From Terriglobia bacterium (GTDB taxonomy: Bacteria; Acidobacteriota; Polarisedimenticolia; Polarisedimenticolales; JAIQFR01), in contig CAVVHE010000009.1 of assembly GCA_963748015.1 (NCBI GenBank), positions 573,205 to 637,204 on the forward strand: 64,000 nt of DNA, written 5' to 3'. The notes beneath the pieces were generated by a model. The model was not told the origin of the DNA and did not search any database. It was given only the letters and a program-made list of their open reading frames with translations. Both the position numbers and the translations under genes were made by a program. Below are positions 1 through 9,500 of the stretch, piece by piece. Each line of letters opens with the position of its first letter. Position 1 is the stretch's first letter.

Positions 1-2261
1 TCGACGCCGTGGAGGTTCTCGACGTAGAACTTCTCCCGCGTCTGGCGCCAGGCGTGCTCGAAGAGGGCGGCGCGCTCCTCGGCGGACTTCAGCTCGATCT
101 TCGCGGAGACCTTCACCGGGGTCGCCTTGCCCGACTCGAGGTCGATGCTGGAAAGCTTGTCGTCGGCCAGGACGACGGCCTTCTTCCCTTCGGGGTCGAG
201 CCGCAGGCTCGCCGAGCGCTCGGCGTCCAGCTTGGCGACGAGCTTGATCTCCTTTTTCCTCGGGACGTACTTCCAGAGGTCGTAGCCCTTCTCGAAGCGG
301 GCGAGGTAGACGAGCGTCTCGCCATCCGGCGTCAGGTCGGCGTCGGCGAGGCTCGCGGAGTGGAGCGAGAGGCGGGCGATCCGGTCCTCGAGACCGTCGA
401 GCTCGAGAACGACCGGGTCGGGGAGCTTGACCGCAGGCTCGGCGTCGGTCTTCTTCCCCGGCTCCTCGCCCTTCTTCGCGTCCTTGTCCTTCTCCTTGTC
501 CTTCTTCTTCTCGGCTTCCTTCTCCTTCTCGACGAGCTGGGCGTAGGCGGCCTCGTCGAGACGGAAGCGGTCCCACGCCTTGCGGGTCAGGAAGGCCGCG
601 AAGACGTCCGACTCGCGGGGCGAGCCCGATTGCTGGCGCGTGCCGTAACGGTCGCTCGACCAGAGGAGGAGCTCGCCCTTGCGCGCCCAGCGCGGCGACT
701 CGTCCTCGTAGCCGCTCCGGCTGATGTTGACGACGGGCTTGCCCCCCGCGGCGTCCACGATGCCGACCTCGCTCGACCAGCGCGTCGGGCTCAGGAACTG
801 AACGGCGACGCTCTTCCCGTCGGGCGACCACTCGTACCACTGGTCGCCGTCGGCGTAGGAGTAGTTGAGGTCGCCGGGGAGGATCGTGCGCGACTTGCCG
901 CTCGCGAGGTTCAGGACCTTGAGGGTCGTCCGCTCCTCGAGGTAGGCGACTTCCTTGCCGTCGGGGGAGAAAGCGGGCTGGAACTCCTCGGCGGGGGTGG
1001 CGAGGACCGCGCTCTCCTTGAACGCCGTCGCATTGAAGAAGGCGCTCTCGTCGGGATCGATCCGGTCGGTGCGGTAGACGTTCCAGCTCCCGTCGCGCTC
1101 GCCGGCGTAGAGGAGGCTCTTCCCGTCGGGGGAGAAGCTGACCGAGCGCTCCTGGCCAGGCGTGTCGGTGATCCGGCGCGTCGTGCCGTACTCGACCGAA
1201 GCGACGAAAACCTCGCCGCGCGCGACGAAGGCCACTTCCTTGCCGCTCGGCGAGAGCTCGAACTCGCTCACCTCGGAGGCGACGTCGGCCGGGGCGACGG
1301 CGAGGTCGCGGCGGTCGGCGGAGGCGGTCACGGAGAGCTTGCGGCTCTCGGTCGCGCCGGCCGGGCGGATCCAGATCTCGCCGTCGAACGCGTAGCAGAG
1401 GTCGCCGGCGGTCGAGGCGCTCAGGAAGCGGACAGGGTGGACGGCGTGCTTCGTGATCTGCTTCGGCCGCGACGGGTCGGCGAGTTCGAGCTTCCAGACG
1501 TTGAAGCTCCCGCTCTTCTCGGAGAGGAAGTAAAGGGCCTTGTCGCCGGGGGCCCAGACCGGCTGCCGGTCGTCGACGCCGAAGCCGGTGAGCCGCGTGT
1601 GGGTCCCGGTCGCCTTCTCGAAGATCCAGACGTCTCGCGCGAACGACGAGTTGTCGTGCTTGCGCCACTCCATCTCGTAGCCCTTCTGGTCGGAGTACGC
1701 GAGTCTCTCGCCGGCCTTGTCCCAGGTCGCGTAGGGGGCGGGCGTCGAGAGGACCTGCACGGGCATCCCGCCGGAGAGCGCGACGCGGTAGAGCTCCGGC
1801 TGCGCGCCGGTCGGGAACTGGGCGTTCGTGGCGGAGTCGAGCCGCGCCGAGCTGAAGAGGACCGCCTTGCCGTCGGGCGTGAAGCTCGTCGGCGTGTCGT
1901 CGGCGGAGTGAAAGGTGAGGCGGCGGGCCTCGCCGCCGCCGGCCGGCATGACGAAGACGTCGAAGTTGCCGTAGCGGTCGGAGGCGAAGGCGATCTCCTT
2001 CCCGTCCGGCGACCAGACCGGTGAGGTGTCGTAGGCGGCGGCGACGGTGATCGGCGTCGCGGACCCGCCGGCGACCGGGACGGTCCAGAGGTCGCCCCGG
2101 TAGCTGAAGGCGACCGTCTTCCCGTCAGGGGAGATCGCGGCCGCGCGGAGCCAGAGAGCGTTCTCCGCGCGGGCCGGGGGCGCGGCAGCGAGGGCGAAGG
2201 AAGCCAGTACGGTCGCGACGAGCGCCGCGACGCCGGAACGAGACCTGTTCGTCGTTTGCAT
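1..2261 (-). CDS. Tricorn-like S41 family peptidase, N-terminal beta-propeller part (runs off the left edge)
   Basis: Manual translation from ATG at 2261 (GGAG RBS): MQTTNRSRSGVAALVATVLASFALAAAPPARAENALWLRAAAISPDGKTVAFSYRGDLWTV...PVWSPDGKEIAFASDRYGNFDVFVMP. Signal peptide plus repeated PD40 (SPDG) blades typical of tricorn homologs. Catalytic domain lies outside the window. Confidence 0.8.
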   Translation of the reverse strand, partial: MQTTNRSRSGVAALVATVLASFALAAAPPARAENALWLRAAAISPDGKTVAFSYRGDLWTVPVAGGSATPITVAAAYDTSPVWSPDGKEIAFASDRYGNFDVFVMPAGGGEARRLTFHSADDTPTSFTPDGKAVLFSSARLDSATNAQFPTGAQPELYRVALSGGMPVQVLSTPAPYATWDKAGERLAYSDQKGYEMEWRKHDNSSFARDVWIFEKATGTHTRLTGFGVDDRQPVWAPGDKALYFLSEKSGSFNVWKLELADPSRPKQITKHAVHPVRFLSASTAGDLCYAFDGEIWIRPAGATESRKLSVTASADRRDLAVAPADVASEVSEFELSPSGKEVAFVARGEVFVASVEYGTTRRITDTPGQERSVSFSPDGKSLLYAGERDGSWNVYRTDRIDPDESAFFNATAFKESAVLATPAEEFQPAFSPDGKEVAYLEERTTLKVLNLASGKSRTILPGDLNYSYADGDQWYEWSPDGKSVAVQFLSPTRWSSEVGIVDAAGGKPVVNISRSGYEDESPRWARKGELLLWSSDRYGTRQQSGSPRESDVFAAFLTRKAWDRFRLDEAAYAQLVEKEKEAEKKKDKEKDKDAKKGEEPGKKTDAEPAVKLPDPVVLELDGLEDRIARLSLHSASLADADLTPDGETLVYLARFEKGYDLWKYVPRKKEIKLVAKLDAERSASLRLDPEGKKAVVLADDKLSSIDLESGKATPVKVSAKIELKSAEERAALFEHAWRQTREKFYVENLHGV

Positions 2262-2326
2262 GGTATTCACTCCACGTGCGTCTACGTCGCCGTACGCCCC
2301 GGGTTTCCGAGGATGCGCATCTTACA

Positions 2327-2482
2327 TGGTGGACGCGAGATTGTGGGCTGTCCGGGGGCGAGCCGGACCTTCGCGAAACGGCGTCCATCCGCGGACGCCT
2401 GCTCCCCCTCGCGACGCGGAATCCGGCCTTTTCCTGCCCTGCGACCTCGACGGCTCGCGACCCCACAATCTCGCGTCCACCA
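2327..2482. repeat. Long hairpin element: 21-bp perfect terminal inverted repeat with nested inner stems
   Basis: TGGTGGACGCGAGATTGTGGG (2327-2347) / CCCACAATCTCGCGTCCACCA (2462-2482); inner GCGAGCCG (2358-2365) / CGGCTCGC (2451-2458). Confidence 0.85.
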
Positions 2483-2637
2483 AGGACGATCTCGTCAGGG
2501 CGGTGACGCTTTCGTCATCGCGGACGCCATGGAGACTCTCGTCCAACGGCGGAGGCGCGGGCTGGACGGGGTGCGGCGAGCAAGGGGTCGTTTCGGCCCC
2601 GTTCTTGCCCTGAAGAGGGCTCAGGGAGGGATGCGTC

Positions 2638-3816
2638 GTGAAGAAGAAGGGAAACCTGCTGGCGATGGCGGCGGCGGTCCTGCTCGCGTCCGGCCTCACG
2701 CCGGCCAAGGAGGCCCCGACGGCGCAGAAGTCCTGGTCCCTCTCGGTCCCGCTCGCGGCGTCCTCGTCCCTCCGCGTCGAGAACCTGCTCGGCACGGTCA
2801 AGGTCCGCGGAACGAGCGCGACGGGGGCGGTGAAGATGGAGGTTCGCGTGGTCTCGGAGGGGGCGACGCAGGAAGAAGCGGCCACGCTCGCGGGCGGCGT
2901 CTCCGTGGACGCCGCGACCGAGGGCCCGGTGACCGCGATCCGCGTCGGGCTCCCCGCCGGCGAGACGGCGTCCGCGCTCCGCCTCCCCCGCGAGAAGGAC
3001 CCGTCGATCTCGCGCTGGGTGTCGTCGATCTTCCGGAAGAAGGGCGACGCGATCGACGTCGACTACCGCGGGAACACGTACCGGATCGCGGACGATCGAA
3101 AAGCGCCGGGACTCGCCGTCGAGCTGACGCTCGCGGTCCCGTTCGGCGCCGCGGTCGTCGTTCGCCAGGAGGTCGGCTCGATCGTACTCGAATCCTCGCG
3201 AGGCGACGCGCGCCTCGAGACGCGCGCGGGGACCGTCGCCGCGGATGGCTTCCTGGGGTCGCTGTCGATCGACGGCCACGATGCGGACGTGAAGGTCACG
3301 ATGTGCCAGGGGACGAAGCTCGACGTTGCGACGGGCACCGGGAAGATCGATCTGCTCGACGTGCGGGCGAGCCGGGTGACGCTCCGGACCGACAGCGGCG
3401 CGATCGGCGGGACGATCGCGGGGGCCGACGACCTCAGTGTGGACAGCGCGAGCGGACCGGTCGAGCTTGCCGGCGTCGAGCCGGTGCGCGCGGACATCAG
3501 GGCCGGCACGGGGAACGTGGATCTCTCGTCCCACCTCTCGAGGACGAAGAAGTTCGCGGTGCGGAGCGATTCCGGGAACGTCGTCCTCCGGCTCGGGGTA
3601 GGCGTAGGGTTCGATCTCACTGCCGAGACTCCCACGGGAGAGGTCAAGTCGCTGGGCCTCCCGATGACGGCGGTGGACAAGAGCGGGATCGTCTCCCGCT
3701 TCCAGCGCTGGGGCGGCGGACCCGACCTCGACGTCAAGGCGGGCGCGGGAAGCCTCACGGTGCGTCCCTACGGCGTTTCGCGCTTGGGGCTTCTCGCGAG
3801 GAAGTCGGGAAGCTAG
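2638..3816 (+). CDS. Secreted DUF4097 (putative adhesin) beta-strand repeat protein
   Basis: Signal peptide, repeated xxTxxGxI/V strands (TGTGKI, TDSGAI, SASGPV, AGTGNV, SDSGNV); GGGAGGG RBS before GTG. Confidence 0.75.
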   Translation: MKKKGNLLAMAAAVLLASGLTPAKEAPTAQKSWSLSVPLAASSSLRVENLLGTVKVRGTSATGAVKMEVRVVSEGATQEEAATLAGGVSVDAATEGPVTAIRVGLPAGETASALRLPREKDPSISRWVSSIFRKKGDAIDVDYRGNTYRIADDRKAPGLAVELTLAVPFGAAVVVRQEVGSIVLESSRGDARLETRAGTVAADGFLGSLSIDGHDADVKVTMCQGTKLDVATGTGKIDLLDVRASRVTLRTDSGAIGGTIAGADDLSVDSASGPVELAGVEPVRADIRAGTGNVDLSSHLSRTKKFAVRSDSGNVVLRLGVGVGFDLTAETPTGEVKSLGLPMTAVDKSGIVSRFQRWGGGPDLDVKAGAGSLTVRPYGVSRLGLLARKSGS

Positions 3817-3919
3817 AGCGTTTCGACCTGCCGGAGGTCGGTCGCCCCATCTCGCACCGCGGCAGCGGCCAGCCGGGTTTTCGCCCGACCATTGTCAGGA
3901 TCGCGGGACGGGGGATAGC

Positions 3920-3940
3920 AGGAAGTTCAAGCTGCGAAAC
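3920..3940 (-). mobile_element. Short IS91/ISCR-type oriIS end (copy 1)
   Basis: AGGAAGTTCAAGCTGCGAAAC, identical to the start of the copy at 12424; reverse complement contains TTGAACTTCCT. Confidence 0.6.
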
Positions 3941-3976
3941 CTCAGACTCAGGTAGTGCCCCACGATGCGGTTCCTG

Positions 3977-4810
3977 TCAGAACTCCATGGCCTCGATGGC
4001 TTCCACGATCTTCCCGACGTTGCAGGCGTAGAAGCCAGCGGAATTGAAATTGTTGATCTCGATGACCTTCGGGCCCTCGGGGGTTTCGGCAATGTCGATG
4101 ACGAAGGCCCTGGCGGGCTGCCAGCGGTTCACCATCTTCTCGGCGAACTCCAGGACGTGAGGCGGAATCTCGTCGGAGTAGAGCACCTGGGAGCCCAAGC
4201 GATAGCGGCTGCCGGTGACGATCCGGCCATCCACAACGAAGAACCGGAACTCCCCGAGGATCTCCACGCAGGAGGCCACGGCCACTTCCAGATCGGTGCC
4301 GAATCGGCCCGAGTTCTCAGCCTCTTCCATGCGGGCGGCAGCCCACTTGTCCACCTCGCCAACCTGAAGGACGATGCCGGTGAACGCCTTGTCGTCGTCG
4401 CAGGGGCGGACGAAGATGGGGAACTCGGCATCCCCGAAGAGAGACGAGAGCCTGTTCAGCGGAATGATGTCGAATGCGCTGAGGAGTTCGTGGCCGAAGT
4501 TGCGGACCCAGGCACGGACATGGAAGTTCTCATTGATGAAGCTGCCGGGAACCCAGCCACGCTCGGCGGCGACACGGGCGAGGGCGATGGCCCCACACAC
4601 CATGACCAGGCCGTCCCCGGTAGGAAACACGGGCTCGGGGTAGTTCTCTACATCCTCGATGGTGTTGAGGTCCACGTTCGCGGGGGCGAGACGCCGGAGG
4701 AAGGGTAGGAACCTGACCTCCAGGTGCGGGATGCCCCCACGCTCGAGGGCGGCGAGAAGATCCCGCTGGCCCTGTTCATCGTAGAGGTTCTCCTGGACGA
4801 CCCAGAACAT
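3977..4810 (-). CDS. ATP-grasp domain protein (DUF4343 / R2K clade)
   Basis: Motifs FVRPCDDDKAFTG, EFRFFVVDGRIVTGSRY, AFVIDIA, KVIEINNFNSAGFY; GGGGAAG RBS. Confidence 0.8.
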   Translation of the reverse strand: MFWVVQENLYDEQGQRDLLAALERGGIPHLEVRFLPFLRRLAPANVDLNTIEDVENYPEPVFPTGDGLVMVCGAIALARVAAERGWVPGSFINENFHVRAWVRNFGHELLSAFDIIPLNRLSSLFGDAEFPIFVRPCDDDKAFTGIVLQVGEVDKWAAARMEEAENSGRFGTDLEVAVASCVEILGEFRFFVVDGRIVTGSRYRLGSQVLYSDEIPPHVLEFAEKMVNRWQPARAFVIDIAETPEGPKVIEINNFNSAGFYACNVGKIVEAIEAMEF

Positions 4811-4924
4811 CGCTTCCCCTTCTTACGGTCGATGATGGCGATGGCGACTCGGGTCACCGACTCACAGCGGATGATGGAGGCGATCATCGGGCCGAGTCCG
4901 CCATCCGTCGAGTCGTAGATGGAG

Positions 4925-5150
4925 CATAGCGCAGTCATTCTGCGCTTTCGGTCCCGGGTCCGAGAAGGGGAACTTGTGTCAACTCGCCTCCCGACCCAGA
5001 AACCAGCGCCCAAACGCGTTCTCCTCCCGGTGCCCGGGTGAAAACAACTTGTTCGCCGAGGAGTCGCGACGAGGGCGGGCGCGGCGGGAGACCGAGGCAT
5101 TCGAGGATGGCCCGGATGGCCTCGGGCGACTGGATCGCCGCCCCGGGCGC
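4925..5150 (-). mobile_element. Degenerate IS91/ISCR oriIS end (copy 2) with C-terminal transposase remnant
   Basis: Aligns by eye with 6039-6149 and 12421-12535. Minus strand encodes AAIQSPEAIRAILECLGLPPRPP, like the C-terminus of IS91/ISCR transposases. Confidence 0.7.
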
Positions 5151-5223
5151 ACGTTTCGCCCATGACGCCCGCCTGACACCGCGCGGAGCTGGGCTATCAT
5201 TGGACCGAAGCGGGGGTGCGGCG

Positions 5224-5460
5224 ATGGACGTGGAGCGCGAGTACCGCGCGCGGGTCGACGCCATGAGCGTCGTCGAGCGGGTCGGCAGGGCCGAAGCGCT
5301 CTTCAAATGGTCGCGCGATTTCCTCGTGCGGTCGATCCTCGAGGCTCGCGGGCCGCTGTCCGGGCGGGAACTCGCCCGGGAGCTCGCACTCCGGCAGTAC
5401 GGTTCGGACCCCGCGGCGCGGCAATGGATCGAGGAGCTGCGAACCCATGCGGCGCGATGA
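5224..5460 (+). CDS. Small putative antitoxin (Rv0078B-like)
   Basis: 78 aa helical protein MDVEREYRARVDAMSVVERV...ELARELALRQYG; overlaps the start of the downstream nucleotidyltransferase gene. Confidence 0.55.
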   Translation: MDVEREYRARVDAMSVVERVGRAEALFKWSRDFLVRSILEARGPLSGRELARELALRQYGSDPAARQWIEELRTHAAR

Positions 5461-6022
5461 GGGATTCCAGCCGACCCTCCGAAAGCTCGTGTCCCTGCTC
5501 GACCGGTTCGGCATCCGGTTCCACCTCACGGGAGGCATCGCTTCCGTCGCCTACGGGGAGCCCCGCCTCACCCAAGACATCAACCTGGTGGTCGACGCGA
5601 AGCGCCTGATCGCCGTCGAGTCGGATTTCGTCGCCGCCCTCTCGGATGCGGGATTCGTGTTCAGCGAGGCGACGGTGCACCGGTCGATCGCGTCGGGCGG
5701 GATGTTCCAGCTTCTGGAACCCGATGAGGTGGTGAAGCTCGACATCTATACCCGATGCCTGATCCCGGGGGAGTTGGAACGATCGGTGCGCGCCGAGATC
5801 TTCCCGGGCATGTCGGTGCCCCTCGTCGCTCGCACCGACGCAGCGCTCTCCAAGTTGATCTGGATCAGCCGGGGAAGCCATCGGAGCCGGCGCGACCTGC
5901 GCTGGATCTTCGCCGGAGCGAATCCCGAGGAACTGGCCACCGTGCGTGTCGCGGCTCGGGACATGAACCTCGGAGAGCTCCTCGATCAGACGCTCGACGA
6001 GTCGGACGAGATCGAACGATAG
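5447..6022 (+). CDS. Pol-beta-fold nucleotidyltransferase, putative toxin (Rv0078A/DUF6036-like)
   Basis: LTGGIASVAYGEPRLTQDINLVV motif, later KLDIY and LSKL...RDL. Confidence 0.7.
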   Translation: MRRDEGFQPTLRKLVSLLDRFGIRFHLTGGIASVAYGEPRLTQDINLVVDAKRLIAVESDFVAALSDAGFVFSEATVHRSIASGGMFQLLEPDEVVKLDIYTRCLIPGELERSVRAEIFPGMSVPLVARTDAALSKLIWISRGSHRSRRDLRWIFAGANPEELATVRVAARDMNLGELLDQTLDESDEIER

Positions 6023-6038
6023 CCGCGCGTGGGGGCTC

Positions 6039-6149
6039 GGAAGTTCAAGCTGAGAAACGGCGATCCATGTCCGGGAAGGGGGCCTGGTGTCAACCCGCCT
6101 CCCGGCCCGGAAACCATCGCCCGAACGCGTTCTCGTCCCGGCGCCCGGG
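6039..6149 (-). mobile_element. IS91/ISCR-type oriIS mini-element (copy 3)
   Basis: Near-identical to 12425-12535; ends at CCCGGCGCCCGGG. Confidence 0.75.
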
Positions 6150-6249
6150 GAACCATGACGGGCGGGTCAGCGAACAGGAGTTCGAGAACGACCGGGTGGT
6201 TCAGGAGTACTACCGAAAGCTAAGGGCCGGCACCGGGAAGACTCGATAG
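6150..6249 (+). pseudogene. 3' fragment of an EF-hand-like protein abutting the mini-element
   Basis: NHDGRVSEQEFENDRVVQEYYRKLRAGTGKTR*; resembles the DxNxDGxVSxxEF loop, no start codon. Confidence 0.4.
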
Positions 6250-6438
6250 ATCGTCCCGCCGCCCCCCTTCCGCGCCTTGACGTGGTCGATCCCGTAGCCG
6301 GGGCAGCGGCCGCTGGTCGGCAATAACGGACCATCTGCTTCCCCTTTCTTGCCAAGCCGGAACTCGCCGGCCAATTTTCACTTGACTCGCGCCTCCCGGT
6401 CCCGTACGTAGGGTGTGTACACCCATTCGAGGGCTCCC

Positions 6439-6564
6439 ATGTGAAAAGTCGCGGTGTGCCTCGGGCTCCTCGCGGCGGTGGTGTGGTTCGCAGTTCCAGC
6501 CGTGCAAGCTCGCGATCTCACGTTTGAGGAGCGGGTAGCAGCGCTGGAGGCAATCGGGGGCTGA
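6439..6564 (+). pseudogene. Remnant 5' end of a secreted protein (signal peptide + RDLTFEERV motif)
   Basis: ATG TGA AAA GTC... = M*KVAVCLGLLAAVVWFAVPAVQARDLTFEERVAALEAIGG*; stop at codon 2 and truncation after 41 codons. Confidence 0.55.
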
Positions 6565-6565
6565 C

Positions 6566-9500
6566 GTGAGGCGATCAGCGACACAGCGAAACCCACATCG
6601 GAGGCCCGTGCACAGCTGGGCGTCGGGTGTCGCGGCCCTCGTCATTTTCGTCGCGGGTTATCTCCAACCTGTCCTCGCTGACGAACTCGCGCAGTGCAGC
6701 GGCGGCCTCGACGGGACCCTCGTCGTGGGCGAGCGGTGGACGACCACGAGCGGGCGCACGGGTCCGGGAGGAACCGGACGCGACGACGCGCTCTACGAGT
6801 TCCAGGCCCAGGGCGGAGCGACGTACGCGTTTACCCTGTGCGAGGAGGGTGGCAACGCGACGTTTCAGGCGATGCTCGCCGTCCACGGCCCCGGCTGCGT
6901 CGGCGCGCCGCTGACCGCTGGCGCCGCGTCGTGCGGGTCGCGCTCGCGCCTCGAGTGGACCGCGCCGACGTCGGGAACCTACGTGTTGCAGATCGCGGGG
7001 CCCTCGGACACGGCGGGTGGGTTCACCCTCGCGTACCGCTCCCAGGGGCAGCCGAGTCGAGGCGTGGTCGTGGCTCCTGCGGACGAGCCCAGCACGCGGG
7101 GACTGGTCGTCTCCCCTTCGCGGGGCATCGAGGCGGCCGTGATTCGAGGTGGGTCGCCCGGATTCGAAGGGCGCGAGTACGTGCTGTCGAACACCACGGA
7201 CGGACCGATCGAATGGCGGGTCTCCGCCACGCAACCTTGGCTGAGTATCGACTCGGGAGACGGCGCCGCGGAGTCGACGGGCGGGCTGCTCCACGCGGGA
7301 GAGAGCAGGACCGTTCGGGTCCTGGTCAACGAAGGCGTCGCGGGTCTTCCGTCGGGCGACTATCGGGACGCCGTGACCATCGAGCGCCTCCACGAGCCGG
7401 ACGCGGTGAGTACCCTGCCGGCGGAGCTCAGCGTGCTCGAGCCCGGGGCGATCTCCCCGTCCGACGCGATCGTGGTCGCGACCACGGTGAACTACACCGG
7501 TCGCAACGTGTGGCTCGCGCGCGTGAGCCGCGGCGGCAGCCGCGTCTGGCAGCGGACTCTCTCCCTCGCGCCTTACTATCTCCAGGAATACAACGGCTCC
7601 CGCAGCCAGCCGGAGGATGCCCTCTACCTTCTCACCGGGGTCGAGAACAAGGCCGGCGGGAAGATCCGACTCCAGAAGTACGACGGCCTCGGGAATCGCG
7701 TTTGGGACGCTCCGGTCTCCGCAGACGCCTGGAACGTATCGGCCAGCGTCAAGGACGGCGGCGCGTACGTCAGCGACACGCACACGGGCGTGTACCGAAT
7801 CGACTCGGACGGCCACGTTGTATGGGGCCCGAAGGACTGGGGACATCCCGATGCATCGGGCGGGGGGTGGTGGGTCGCGGCGGACCCGTACACGGGCGGC
7901 TTGTTCGCGGCGCATTACCCAAGCGGGACCGTCCTCAAGGCCGATCACGACGGGAACGTCCTCTGGTCGAGGACGATGAACTGGGTCGTCCGCGTCGACG
8001 CGAACCCGCTCGACGGGGGCGTTTACGTCGCGTGGGGAGGGAGCAGCGGCAGGACGACCTCGCGTCTCGGGAACCTCGGCGAGCTTTTCTGGTCCCGAGA
8101 CGACTTTCCCGAGAATTCCTTCCAGAGAGAGCGCGGCGTCTTTCCCTCGGACGGCTCGCTCGTGATAGGCGCCGGCCGACGGGTCGGTCGGCTGGCCGCC
8201 GACGGAACGGCGCTCTGGTCCGTCCAGAGCGACGACAACCAGGGGCACGCGTGGGGGAACCTGGCGATCGCTCCGGACATCGAGATGGACGAGTTCTACA
8301 CCGCCGACGCCGGGTTGACCCAGGGATTGAGCCGCTTCCGCGGCTCGGACGCGTCCCTGCTCTGGCACTTCGATCCCGGCTACTTCCCGGTCGCCTGGGG
8401 AGGCAACTTCTACCGGGTGTTCACCGGCATCGTCCCGATGAGCGGCCTCTGGTTGGAGCCCCAGGACGGCCTCGACGTCTCCGGGGAACAGGGTGGCCCG
8501 TTCTCCGCGACGACGAAGGAGTACACCCTCTTCAACCGCTCGAGCGGGCCGACCGCATGGTCGGCCTCGCCGAGCCGGCCTTGGGTGAGCCTGGACGCCG
8601 GCGCCGGGCCCGCGGACGGGCTCGTCTCCGGGGTGCTCGCTCCGGGGGAGCTGATCACCATCCGTGTCTCCCTGAACGACGAGGCGGCGAGGCTCGATCC
8701 GGGAGACTACAGGGACACCGTCGTTTTCCGCGACGAGAGCGCCGGGTCGGACATTGCTTCGCGCGGTGTGCGGTTGACGGTCCGTCGGCCCGGCGTGATG
8801 TACGACGACGCGTTCGATCGGGCGGACGGTCCGGTCGGCAACGGATGGTCGACCTGGTGGGGACATGAATCTCCATCGTCGCGCGTCGTGATCGAGGGCG
8901 GCGAGGTGAGCATGCCCGGGTACTACTCCGACGGCGCCGGGATCTACCGCTCACAGGCCGTCGAGTTTCCCCTCGACTTCTCGTTCGACTACCACACCCA
9001 CGAGCCGCGGGGCACCCCCGCCAACCCGAATGTCGCAGGCTGGTTCGTCCTGCTCAACGGGACGGCGGGACGGAATCCGTATTACGGACACGCGCAGCTC
9101 CTCATCCGGCAGTCCTCGGGATCGCTCGGAATCGAGCGCCAGTATCACAACAGGGACGGGATCATGTGGTTCGCGCCGACCGCGACGGCGCCGGGACTTC
9201 GCGATTTCGGTCCCGACGCGAAGGCGCACGTCGAGGGGATGATCCGCCGCGACCTCGGCGGTGTGATCCGGATCTGGTACCGCGACGGGCTGGAGCCGGA
9301 CCCGGTCGTCGTCCCCCTGAGCCCCGTGAGCGACGCCGACCCGGTCCCCCCGGGCTCCACCCTGACGATCGGGACGCCGAGCTATAAAGCGGGTCCGCAC
9401 TATTTCGACAACTTCGAGGTGCGCAAGGCGCACCTTCTGGTCGAGCCCCTCGACGGCGTCCGGGCGTGGAGCATCGGGGGCGCGCCCATCGAGGACGGGT

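Noticed and set aside
455..535. CTT/CTC-rich quasi-repeat
   Set aside because: Encodes a Lys/Glu/Asp low-complexity linker in the tricorn-like protein; not a separate repeat element.
9..2024. 671-aa plus-strand ORF, and other long antisense or alternate-frame ORFs such as 50655-55463 (-), 27587-30160 (-) and 13255-14937 (+)
   Set aside because: Shadow frames of real genes in high-GC DNA; Arg/Pro/Gly-rich or motif-less translations.
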